DNA of 46,905 bases from Gemmatimonadota bacterium (lineage in GTDB: Bacteria > Latescibacterota > UBA2968 > UBA8231), in NCBI GenBank assembly GCA_038128265.1, contig JAYPJE010000002.1, positions 48,754 to 95,658 on the forward strand. Direction: 5' to 3'. The notes below the pieces were generated by a model, which was not told the origin of the DNA, ran no database searches, and saw only the letters and a list, made by a program, of their open reading frames with translations. The position numbers were made by a program, and so were the translations under genes. Position 1 is the stretch's first letter. Each line of letters starts with the position of its first letter. This document shows, one piece after another, positions 36,893 through 45,508 of this stretch.

Positions 36893-38176
36893 TCAGGTGG
36901 ATGCCAGCGCGGCGCGCGTGCCTTCTATATCGAAACAGGCCCGTTGGTTGCCGCGCATCAGGCGTTCGGCCAGCGCCATGGCCTGCGCCTCGTCGAGTAG
37001 CCCGTCGTCGACCTCGGCCTGTAGACTGCGAGTTAGCCAACGTCGCGCCTGAATGGCGTAGGCTGCCGACGAGGTCGGCCAACCGGTGTCACCGCCAAAG
37101 GCAAAGAGTTTGTTGGCTGGAGCTGCGTGGATAAAGCGGCGCACGAAGTCGGCCGAAGAGAATGGGTCAATGGACCAGGCCCAGCACAGGTCGGCCCAGA
37201 CGTTGCGATAGTGCTTGACGAGGGCGATGAGTTCTCCGCTATAGGGGTAGGCGATGTGCATAAGTACAAACCGGCAGTCGAGATAGCGTGCCAGCAGGCC
37301 GCACAGATTGCCAGACCGTATGCGGTCGACGGGCATGCGGTCGTTGCCGGCGTAATAGCCCGTGTGAATTTTAAACGGCAGCCTGTATTCGATGGCCAAT
37401 TCGACGCCGCGCGCCCAGCACCAATCGCCCAGCAGCAGGCGACCGCCCTCTTCAATGTCTTCGCCCTTTAGCGTCCTGAGAAGAACGCGTTCGGCATCGG
37501 CATCGCTGCGCTCTTCCCAGCGCAGCGTGCGGTTGTAGGCGTGCTGCGCTTTAACGGCAATGGCCTGGCGACCGTAGCGGGCAAAGAGTGCCGCCATAGC
37601 CTGGCGCAGAGATGCGAGATCCTCCACCTCGATATCGGTTTCGGTATGCAGCGCCGCTGCGTCGATTTGCCCGTTGCAAAAACCGGCCCATGAAAGGTCG
37701 TACAGGAAAAAGTCGCGCCCCGACTCGTCGGGCAGGCAGGGCCAGCAAAAGTCGTCTGTTTGCACGTGGTCAAGGTTGGCCCGCTCGCGCAAGAGATGCA
37801 GGCGGCCGCCGGGCTGGCGCCACTGTACAAGCTGTGCCTGCGCCCGTTCAAACGATGCCCTGCTGAAATCTTCCATGCCGTATATTTCGCGGGCGAGAAT
37901 GGTTACGGCCTCGCCGTAGCCCGTGTGCTGGACGGCTTCCCAAGCGGCGCGAATTCCATTAAAGCGCGCGGCGAAATCGCCATTGCTCGCGTCGGTGAGT
38001 TGGCGCATGGCCTCTGGCGTGGCTCCGGCTGATATCAGATCCGCGGGAATGTAATTGCCGAAAAGGTCTTGTAGAATATCGGGACCGTCTCCGTTCCAGT
38101 CGCGCTCTTTGCGCAGGTGTTCGTGCGTGTCAATGAGCGGCGTTTCTTGAATGGTGTGCTGCAGGTCGGTTGCCAT
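36893..38176 (-). CDS. Amidohydrolase-superfamily protein (Amidohydro_2-like)
   Basis: IDTHEH, KIHTG, FVLMHIAYPY, NVWADLCW, KLFAFGGD. Confidence 0.85.
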   Translation of the reverse strand: MATDLQHTIQETPLIDTHEHLRKERDWNGDGPDILQDLFGNYIPADLISAGATPEAMRQLTDASNGDFAARFNGIRAAWEAVQHTGYGEAVTILAREIYGMEDFSRASFERAQAQLVQWRQPGGRLHLLRERANLDHVQTDDFCWPCLPDESGRDFFLYDLSWAGFCNGQIDAAALHTETDIEVEDLASLRQAMAALFARYGRQAIAVKAQHAYNRTLRWEERSDADAERVLLRTLKGEDIEEGGRLLLGDWCWARGVELAIEYRLPFKIHTGYYAGNDRMPVDRIRSGNLCGLLARYLDCRFVLMHIAYPYSGELIALVKHYRNVWADLCWAWSIDPFSSADFVRRFIHAAPANKLFAFGGDTGWPTSSAAYAIQARRWLTRSLQAEVDDGLLDEAQAMALAERLMRGNQRACFDIEGTRAALAST

Positions 38177-38277
38177 GGAGGCCCTCGCGGAATCAGTTGG
38201 TTAAACGGGTGAGTGCAGCCTGTGCGGCTTCTGCTGGGGGATGATATTGCGCAGCTGGAAGCGTGTCAATACGGTGC

Positions 38278-38306
38278 TTGTGTCTCCGCTTAACTTGGGA
38301 TATACT
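38278..38306 (+). promoter_or_regulatory. Putative sigma70 promoter giving a leaderless transcript
   Basis: TTGTGT (38278-38283), 17-nt spacer, TATACT (38301-38306); ATG at 38313. Confidence 0.5.
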
Positions 38307-38312
38307 GGATCC

Positions 38313-38747
38313 ATGATGGACATACACCCACAGGTCGTTCACTTTGCCGTAGCGCTTATTCCATTTGCCGCGCTGCTCGATCTATATGCCCTTTGGCGCG
38401 GTGGAGCCGAATGGCACCACTTTGCCTACGTCGCATTTGTCGTGGGCGTTATCGCGGCCGTGGGGGCCGTTGTGAGCGGCAATGTCGCTGCCGCTGAGCA
38501 CTGGGATCGCGCGGACGTGCGCCCCACGCTCTCTACGCACGAAGACTGGGCAACGGCCGGATTGCTGTGTTGTTTGGCACTGGGGTTGGGGCGGTTGCCG
38601 CTGCATTTGCGCAGAGAAGCGCGTGGAAGGCGCATGCTGCCGTGGGCGCTGGGGGCGCTGGGAGGGGCCGCGCTTATACTAATTACTGCCTATTACGGGG
38701 GTACACTGGTCTACGAGCACGCCGTTGGTGTGCGCGGAGTCGGCTGA
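38313..38747 (+). CDS. DUF2231-family membrane protein
   Basis: HPQVVHFAVAL, a conserved H in the middle, and GGTLVYEHAVGV; four hydrophobic segments. Confidence 0.82.
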   Translation: MMDIHPQVVHFAVALIPFAALLDLYALWRGGAEWHHFAYVAFVVGVIAAVGAVVSGNVAAAEHWDRADVRPTLSTHEDWATAGLLCCLALGLGRLPLHLRREARGRRMLPWALGALGGAALILITAYYGGTLVYEHAVGVRGVG

Positions 38748-38750
38748 GAT

Positions 38751-40136
38751 CTAGGCGTAAAACAGGCGGGGTAGGTAGGTGGCCAGCTCGGGATAAAACC
38801 ACAGGGACAGCAGGAGAATGCATTGGATGGCTATAAAGGGGATAGCCCCTCTGTAAATTTGCGGTGTGCTGATGGACTGCGGTGCAACGCCGCGCAGGTA
38901 GAACAGCGAAAAGCCAAAGGGCGGCGTTAGGAAAGACGTCTGCAGGTTGAGGGCGATCATCACGCCAAACCAGATGGGGTCGAGTCCCATAGCCAGCAAT
39001 ACGGGGCCGACGATGGGGACGACGACAAAGATGATTTCAAAGAAGTCTAGGAAAAATCCCAGCAGAAACATAACGACCATAACGACCAGGAACGAAACGG
39101 CTACGCCGCCGTGCATGGTATGCAGATAGTGCGCGACAATATCGTCGCCGCCGTAGCCGCGAAACACGAGCGAGAAGAACGAAGCGCCGATGAGAATGGT
39201 GAACACCATGGCGTTGATCTCGGTCGTCGAGCGCATGACGTCGCGCAGGGTATTACCATCGAAGTGACCCTTGATGATCGATAGGGCGATGGCGCCAACC
39301 GCGCCGACCGAAGCGGCTTCGGTTGGCGTTGCCACGCCGAGGAGAATGGAGCCGAGAACGCCGGCAATAAGCAGCAGAGGAGGCACGAGAGCGCTGGCCA
39401 AATGGCGCAGAAAGGTAGGGTCGCCCAAGTGCTGTCGCTCTTCTTTTGGGATGGGTGGCACAGCGTCAGGTCGCACGACCCCCAGGGCAATGATATACAG
39501 CACGTAGAGAACCATTAGCAGCACGCCCGGCAGCAGTGCGCCCATAAAGAGGTCGCCGACGGATATGGATGTAGGCGAGAAATTGCCGAGCTTGAGCTGA
39601 GCTTGCTGATGCGCAGATGAGACTACGTCGCCGAGAATGACCAGCACGATGCTGGGGGGAATGATCTGACCTAGTGTGCCCGAGGCGCAAATAATGCCCG
39701 TCGATAGCTCCGGGGAGTATGCCCGCCGCTGCATAGCTGGTAGCGATATGAGGCCCATGGTGACGACGGTGGCACCGACAATGCCGGTCGAAGCGGCCAG
39801 GAGGCCCCCTACCAAGCAAACGGAAATGCCGAGGCCGCCGCGCAGACCGCCAAACAACTGCGACATGGTCTCGAGCAGGTCTTCGGCGATTTTTGATCGC
39901 TCCAACACGACCCCCATAAACACAAACAGCGGCACGGCGACGAGGGTCTCGTTGCTCATAATGCCGTAGATGCGCGAAGGCAGAGCGGAGAGAAAAGCCG
40001 CGTCAAAATGACCGGTTAATAGGCCGAGGCCGGCAAAGAGCAGTGCCGTGCCCGCCAGGCAGAAGGCGACGGGAAAGCCGGACAGCAAAACAAAGAAGGT
40101 GGCGATAAACATCGCCAGTGGATAGAACTCGCTCAT
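38751..40136 (-). CDS. dctM: TRAP transporter large permease
   Basis: GFPVAF, AVPLFVFMG, SGTLGQIIPPS, ATPTEAA, SFLTPPFG. Start ATG 40136. Confidence 0.93.
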   Translation of the reverse strand: MSEFYPLAMFIATFFVLLSGFPVAFCLAGTALLFAGLGLLTGHFDAAFLSALPSRIYGIMSNETLVAVPLFVFMGVVLERSKIAEDLLETMSQLFGGLRGGLGISVCLVGGLLAASTGIVGATVVTMGLISLPAMQRRAYSPELSTGIICASGTLGQIIPPSIVLVILGDVVSSAHQQAQLKLGNFSPTSISVGDLFMGALLPGVLLMVLYVLYIIALGVVRPDAVPPIPKEERQHLGDPTFLRHLASALVPPLLLIAGVLGSILLGVATPTEAASVGAVGAIALSIIKGHFDGNTLRDVMRSTTEINAMVFTILIGASFFSLVFRGYGGDDIVAHYLHTMHGGVAVSFLVVMVVMFLLGFFLDFFEIIFVVVPIVGPVLLAMGLDPIWFGVMIALNLQTSFLTPPFGFSLFYLRGVAPQSISTPQIYRGAIPFIAIQCILLLSLWFYPELATYLPRLFYA

Positions 40137-40612
40137 GGGGCAGCGCGCAGCGTGGCGATGCTCTGCCGCAGCGTGGCGATAGCCTGGGCAAAGAGCAGCA
40201 GGCAAAAGAGGGGAATCGCCGTTTTGAGCAGGTATACTGCTTCGAGTCCGCCGCCGTCCTTGGAGCCTTCAAGGACGGACCAAGAGGCGATGACGTAGGG
40301 AAGCGATTGGTAGAACAGAACGGCACAGGTGGGAATCAGCAGGAGCGCGCTGCCCAGCAGGTTGATCCACGCCTTGCGGCGCTCTGATGCGGGCCGGTAG
40401 AAAATGTCTACGCGCACGTGCTCATCGCGGGCCAGCGCGTAGCCGGCAGCCAGTAGAAACGTGAAGGCGTGAAGGTAGAGCACGATCTCCTGCATCCAAA
40501 CCCAACCGCGCTCGAAGGCGTAGCGCAGAATGACGATGGTAAAGGTCACCAGCACCATGCCCAGCGTGCACCAGGGAACGGTGCGGCCGATCAGTCTGTT
40601 GAGGCGCTGCAT
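40133..40612 (-). CDS. dctQ: TRAP transporter small permease
   Basis: Four TM segments; HVRVDIFY motif. Confidence 0.9.
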   Translation of the reverse strand: MQRLNRLIGRTVPWCTLGMVLVTFTIVILRYAFERGWVWMQEIVLYLHAFTFLLAAGYALARDEHVRVDIFYRPASERRKAWINLLGSALLLIPTCAVLFYQSLPYVIASWSVLEGSKDGGGLEAVYLLKTAIPLFCLLLFAQAIATLRQSIATLRAAP

Positions 40613-41736
40613 TAGGCCTGCGTAAGCGCGCGCGCCAGCGTGTAGGCCTCTTCGGAAATGCGCGTATAGGAGACGGACTGTGCGCGGTAGGCGTTAAACG
40701 AGTCGTACACCCTATTAGAGAGCGGATCTTTTGCCGCAATTTCGCCAACTACGTCGCGGGATACGCGGCCAATGGCCTCGAGCACCTCATCGGAGAATCG
40801 TTTAAGCTGGACGCCGTGGTCTTCAACGAGTGTCTTGAGCGCGAGGCTATTGCGGGTCGTAAACTCGGCGAGCATATCCTCGTTGGTTGACTGACAGGCA
40901 TGGCGCACAATGTGCTGGAGTTCGCTCGGCAGCGCATCCCACGCTTCTTTGTTGATCATCGCTTCCATCGTGGTGCCGGGTTCGTGCCAGCCGGGCCAGT
41001 AGTAGAACTTGGCCGCCTGGTGGAAGCCAAAGGCCAGGTCGTTGTAGGGGCCAACCCACTCCGTTGCGTCAATCGCTCCCGTTTTAAGCGCCTGAAAAAT
41101 TTCTCCGCCCGGCAGGTTTTGCACAGTGGCATTAAGCCGGCGTAGCACTTCGCCACCCAGGCCTGGCATGCGCATTACTAGACCCGAGAAATCGTCGAGC
41201 GCGTTAATCTCGCGATTAAACCAGCCGCCCATCTGAACGCCGGTGTTGCCGGCGGGAAAGGCTTTGAGTCCAAAGTCGGCATACAGCTCGTCCCACAGTT
41301 CCTGCCCGCCGCCGTAGTAAAGCCAACCGTTGATTTCCTGTGCGGTCAGGCCAAAGGGCACGGCGGAGAAAAACTGCGTTGCCTCGTGCTTGCCCTTCCA
41401 GTAATAGGCGCTGGCGTGTCCCATTTCGGCCGTGCCGCCGGCCACGCCGTCAAAAACGCCCATGGCCGGCACCAGTTCGCCGGCACCGTAGACTTTAACT
41501 TCGAGCTGTCCACCAGACAATTCGCCAATGATGCGCGCCAGGCGATTGGCTCCCGTGCCAAGACCGGGGAAATCCTTGGGCCAGGTAGTGACCATTTTCC
41601 ACTTGAAGTGCTTGCGCGTATGCGCGGCAGGGGCGCTCTGTTCCTGGGCCTGTCCGCAGGCGACTAGGGCGGCTGAGGCGGCCAGCGGGGCCGTGCGCAA
41701 AAAACGGCGACGCGAGGTGTTGCGGTGCTCTTGCAT
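40612..41736 (-). CDS. dctP: TRAP substrate-binding protein, TakP/2-oxoacid type, with Tat signal
   Basis: SRRRFL twin-arginine signal and LVAC; WKMVTTWP, AGNTGVQMGGWF, MRMPGLGG, EWVGPYND, WHEPG. Confidence 0.92.
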   Translation of the reverse strand: MQEHRNTSRRRFLRTAPLAASAALVACGQAQEQSAPAAHTRKHFKWKMVTTWPKDFPGLGTGANRLARIIGELSGGQLEVKVYGAGELVPAMGVFDGVAGGTAEMGHASAYYWKGKHEATQFFSAVPFGLTAQEINGWLYYGGGQELWDELYADFGLKAFPAGNTGVQMGGWFNREINALDDFSGLVMRMPGLGGEVLRRLNATVQNLPGGEIFQALKTGAIDATEWVGPYNDLAFGFHQAAKFYYWPGWHEPGTTMEAMINKEAWDALPSELQHIVRHACQSTNEDMLAEFTTRNSLALKTLVEDHGVQLKRFSDEVLEAIGRVSRDVVGEIAAKDPLSNRVYDSFNAYRAQSVSYTRISEEAYTLARALTQA

Positions 41737-41786
41737 GATATCTTGGCTCTCTGTGCGAGGGGGCATGCAGTCGGTGAGGATATGGG

Positions 41787-42467
41787 TTAGCGGCGTTCGA
41801 TCAGGCGGCAACTGCCATCGTCAGAGCCGACGATAACTAGGTCGGTCAAGCCGATGAACAGGCCGTTTTCTACTACTCCGGGCAGCGCGTTTATCCAGCG
41901 TTCGCTATCGGTCCCATCGGCAATACCAGCGGGGAAGGTGCAGTCGATAATAAAATTACCGTTATCGGTTTCAAAGGTCTCGCCGTCTGCGTCCTGACGC
42001 AGAGAGGGGCGCAGGTCGCGCTCGATAAACGCGCGCTGAATCAGCGGCCAAGCAAAGGGTATTACTTCGACCGGCAGCGGGGCCTTGGTCCCGAGCTGGT
42101 CGACCAGCTTGGACTCGTCGACGATGATGATTTGGCGAGTGGTGGCAGAGGCCACAATTTTTTCGCGCAGCAGGGCACCGCCCAGGCCCTTGATCAGGTC
42201 GAGTTGTGGGTCGACTTCGTCGGCACCGTCTATGGTGACGTCCACTACCGGCTCTTCCTCCAAACTGACGACGTCGATACCGAGAGACTGCGCCAGGTTC
42301 GTGGAGGCGATCGAAGTGGACACGGCAGTTATATGCAGCCCCTCGCTGACGCGCTTTCCCAGCGCGCGTATGGCATATTCTGCCGTTGAGCCCGTTCCAA
42401 GGCCCACGACCATGCCGCTCTTAACGTATTCGGCGGCTTTGGTGCCGGCCGCTTCTTTGGCGTTCAT
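41787..42467 (-). CDS. rpiA: Ribose-5-phosphate isomerase A
   Basis: GLGTGST, DGADEVD, IKGLGGALLREKIVA, TDNGN, PGVVENGLF. Confidence 0.97.
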   Translation of the reverse strand: MNAKEAAGTKAAEYVKSGMVVGLGTGSTAEYAIRALGKRVSEGLHITAVSTSIASTNLAQSLGIDVVSLEEEPVVDVTIDGADEVDPQLDLIKGLGGALLREKIVASATTRQIIIVDESKLVDQLGTKAPLPVEVIPFAWPLIQRAFIERDLRPSLRQDADGETFETDNGNFIIDCTFPAGIADGTDSERWINALPGVVENGLFIGLTDLVIVGSDDGSCRLIERR

Positions 42468-42946
42468 AGGGCCTTTCCTTTGAGGCGCATTACGTAGTGT
42501 ATTTGCTGCGCAACTTCTTCAAAACCGACATCGGGGTAGAGATGCGATCCGATGGGGTTCTGTGCCAGCGTTTCGATTTTTGCGCATTCCATGCCCTCGG
42601 TGCGCATGAATTCGAGCGCATATTCTAGCAGTTGGCGCCCAATTCCTTTTCCCTGGAGGGCTGGATCGACGGCGATATTGGGAATGCCGCCGATTTTACT
42701 TTCGGGGTCGATGCGGGTCGTCACGTAGCCGCCGACTTGGCCGTCCTGCTCCCAGACAAAAACGCCGCGCGCGCGATCGCCCAGCACATCGTCGTCGATA
42801 TGGCGCAGCTTACGCCAGCGCCAATCGCGGTCGCCGACGAGGCCAAAGCGCTCTTCGATATTGCGGTCGATCGACACGCCGTCAAAGCAGATCGCCGTAA
42901 TTTCCTTGAGCCGCGGTAGATCTTTTGTCTGGTAAGGTCTGATCAT
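42464..42946 (-). CDS. GNAT family N-acetyltransferase
   Basis: IAVDPALQGKGIGRQLL acetyl-CoA motif; LY-x-x-x-GF. Start ATG 42946. Confidence 0.88.
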   Translation of the reverse strand: MIRPYQTKDLPRLKEITAICFDGVSIDRNIEERFGLVGDRDWRWRKLRHIDDDVLGDRARGVFVWEQDGQVGGYVTTRIDPESKIGGIPNIAVDPALQGKGIGRQLLEYALEFMRTEGMECAKIETLAQNPIGSHLYPDVGFEEVAQQIHYVMRLKGKAL

Positions 42947-42999
42947 AATGGGGCTATAATATGGCCCATGAGACTTTTGCCAGCAAGCACCGGTGCGCT

Positions 43000-44175
43000 T
43001 CAGTCCGTCGTCGTCGCGGTGCCGGCCGCCAGCAGCGCATCGGCAAAAAATTTCGTAGACCAATTGAGTATAGCATACGGCACATAGGCGCCGTACATGG
43101 GAAAAGACGAAGGTAGACCGCCGCGAATGCCGGGGTGGCGCGAGCGAAGGGATTGGTGCGTTTTCAGGCGGTTGACCAAGGTATGGGCAATCCGATGCGG
43201 GGTGCTATCAGGCGAATCGCTCAGAGCAAAGAGCACGATGGCCAACTGGGCGTTGCCCGTCAGGCACATATGCCCGGCGCGTCCGTTCCACGAAGCATCG
43301 AGGGCCGCTGGAACAAACCCCGTGGTAGCCATCTGCGACTGGCTGCGCAGCAGGCCATCGACGGCGCGCTGGACTGCGGCGCGCACGGTCGTGCCCTCGT
43401 CGCCGAGCAAACGCGCGCATTCGAGCAGTCCGCGCAGCGTGTAGGCTATGGTGTGAGTGATGGGATATTCACTGGGTTGCAGGGCCATATGTGGGAAAAA
43501 GCCGCTGTCCTCCTGCAGCGGGAGCAGCCAGTCGATAAAAGACCGTGCCGCGCGGCGGTAGCGCTCGTCGCCGGAGAGGGCGAAGACCTCTAAGAGCGGC
43601 CAGGCTACGCGGGCGTGGTAGGCGCGCGGTGCGTCCAGATACGTGTGGCGCGTCCACTTGCCATCGCCGTCCTGTATGTCGAGCAGCCAGTCGGCCGCGC
43701 GGCGCGCGGCGTCGAGATAGCGCTCGTCGCCTGCGTGGCGATACAGCGCGGTCCAACCCAACATTACCTGGCCCGTATTAAAGACGATGGGGTAGTCGTT
43801 GAGTCCGATGCCGCCGCGCACGGCGCCCGAGGGCAGTTGCACGGCGATCTCCCAATCGCCCATGCGCTGGGCGCGTTCGACAAAGTGGGGGTTATGCGAG
43901 CGGCAGGCGAGCAGGGTGGGAATGATATAGCCCGTTGTTTCCGGATAGGGCGGCATCCAGCCGCGGCGCAGAAAGTAGCCGGCCGATACGCCCTGACCGC
44001 CGCCCGCATCGTGTGCGCGACACAGCCACTCAAGCGCTGCGATTAGGTGTGCTCTCGCATCGCAGATGGGGTGCTGTCGGCTCGGCTGTAGGAGCACGGG
44101 CCAGTGGCCTGGCCTGCCCAGCAGATGACCATATTCGTAGAGTGCTATGGCGAGCTGCTTGGCGGTTCGGAGCAT
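43000..44175 (-). CDS. (alpha/alpha)-barrel protein with prenyltransferase/glycosidase-like repeats, function unknown
   Basis: YPETTGY, FNTGQV, repeated A-x-x-WL-x-x-x-Q-x-x-x-G helices, HTIAY, CLTGNAQ, NWSTKFF. Confidence 0.7.
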   Translation of the reverse strand: MLRTAKQLAIALYEYGHLLGRPGHWPVLLQPSRQHPICDARAHLIAALEWLCRAHDAGGGQGVSAGYFLRRGWMPPYPETTGYIIPTLLACRSHNPHFVERAQRMGDWEIAVQLPSGAVRGGIGLNDYPIVFNTGQVMLGWTALYRHAGDERYLDAARRAADWLLDIQDGDGKWTRHTYLDAPRAYHARVAWPLLEVFALSGDERYRRAARSFIDWLLPLQEDSGFFPHMALQPSEYPITHTIAYTLRGLLECARLLGDEGTTVRAAVQRAVDGLLRSQSQMATTGFVPAALDASWNGRAGHMCLTGNAQLAIVLFALSDSPDSTPHRIAHTLVNRLKTHQSLRSRHPGIRGGLPSSFPMYGAYVPYAILNWSTKFFADALLAAGTATTTD

Positions 44176-44278
44176 GGGAAATCGCGAATTAGATGGGTTA
44201 ATGGACTTTGCTATGATTGCAATAACATAATATTTTTCAGTGTATTATGACAGAGTACTTGGTTGCTGAGGAAGCCGC

Positions 44279-45208
44279 ATGATACGGGAATTAGCGCGAC
44301 GCGCACTGCCTGCTCCTGCCTACGCACTCGGCCGGCGCTGGGCTCGGCGTTTGCACCGTCGGGAGCCCTTGCAGCCGCTGGGAGAAGACGAACTACGGGG
44401 TGTATTAGGCGATGTGCTGGGGGTGCGCAAAGGGGAATTGGCCATGGTGCACAGTTCTGTTGACCGCCTGCAGCTCGGCTTTCCCTTTACGCGCCTACTG
44501 CCTCTGCTGCGCAGCACCGTGGGAGCGGAAGGCACGCTCCTTTTTCCCGCTACGCATTTGCACGAGCGGCCCGAGCGCTGGCTCGACCGCGGTGAGGTGT
44601 TTGACGTGCGCCGCGCGCCGACTTCGATGGGCCTATTGCCCGAGTTAGCGCGCAGGCAGCGCGATGCGGCGCGCAGCATGCATCCAACCCATTCGGTCGT
44701 AGCGGTGGGGCCGCTGGCCAACAGCTTGGTGGAAATGCATCACTGCGATATCTATCCATGCGGTGAGCAGAGCCCCTACTATCAGGTCGCTGCGCGCGGC
44801 GGAACGATTCTCGGTCTGGGCGTCGATACGGACGTCCTCACGCTGGTTCACTGCATTGAGGATATATGGCGCGAGCGCTTTCCCGTAGCGACTCACCGCG
44901 AACGCATCTACGAGGCGAACGTGCGCACGCCAGAGGGCGAAGAGCGCACGGTGGGCACGCTGGTAGCCCATCCGCGCATTCGCTGGCGGCGAATGCGTGA
45001 ATTTATGCGCCAGCACGTGGGGAGCGAAATTTGCCGTCGCATAGACGTGGCAGGGCGGCCCTTTTACCGCGCCGATGCAGCCGGGCTGCTGCAGCGCATG
45101 GAGGCGTTGGCCGAGCGCGGTATTACGATGTACCGTCGCGGCATCTACCGAGGCCATGCGCTGGAACCGCTCCTGAGCCGCTGGGCAGAAAAATTGGAGG
45201 AGAGATGA
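44279..45208 (+). CDS. AAC(3)/YokD-family (Antibiotic_NAT) N-acyltransferase
   Basis: MVHSS, GTLLFP, MGLLPE, RSMHPTHSVVAVG, LGLGV...TLVHCIED. Confidence 0.88.
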   Translation: MIRELARRALPAPAYALGRRWARRLHRREPLQPLGEDELRGVLGDVLGVRKGELAMVHSSVDRLQLGFPFTRLLPLLRSTVGAEGTLLFPATHLHERPERWLDRGEVFDVRRAPTSMGLLPELARRQRDAARSMHPTHSVVAVGPLANSLVEMHHCDIYPCGEQSPYYQVAARGGTILGLGVDTDVLTLVHCIEDIWRERFPVATHRERIYEANVRTPEGEERTVGTLVAHPRIRWRRMREFMRQHVGSEICRRIDVAGRPFYRADAAGLLQRMEALAERGITMYRRGIYRGHALEPLLSRWAEKLEER

Positions 45209-45498
45209 GCACCGATGCGGGAGTGGTAGAGCGAATAGTCGCGGCGGCCATCGCCGAACTCAACCTACAGCGCAGTGCTGATGAACAGCTGGGCGATGCG
45301 CCGGGAGCGCCACTTTTCGGCGATGGTGGACCACTCGACTCGCTGGGATTAGTCCAGCTGATTGCCGAATTGGAACACGGGCTTGAGCAGGCCTGCGGCG
45401 TGCGTATAAACCTAGCCGACGAAGCGCTGCTGGAGGCCGAAGATATGCCTTTCCGCAGCGTTGGCGCGCTGCAAGCATACCTGAAAAACTTGCCGTGA
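45205..45498 (+). CDS. Acyl carrier protein
   Basis: 97 aa, acidic, with LDSLGLV phosphopantetheine motif; ATGA overlap with the upstream gene and GGAGG RBS. Confidence 0.88.
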   Translation: MSTDAGVVERIVAAAIAELNLQRSADEQLGDAPGAPLFGDGGPLDSLGLVQLIAELEHGLEQACGVRINLADEALLEAEDMPFRSVGALQAYLKNLP

Positions 45499-45508
45499 GG
45501 GCACCGCA

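Noticed and set aside
44279..45208. Acquired aminoglycoside resistance gene aac(3)
   Set aside because: There is no mobile context, and coupling to ACP/FkbH points to a biosynthetic role.
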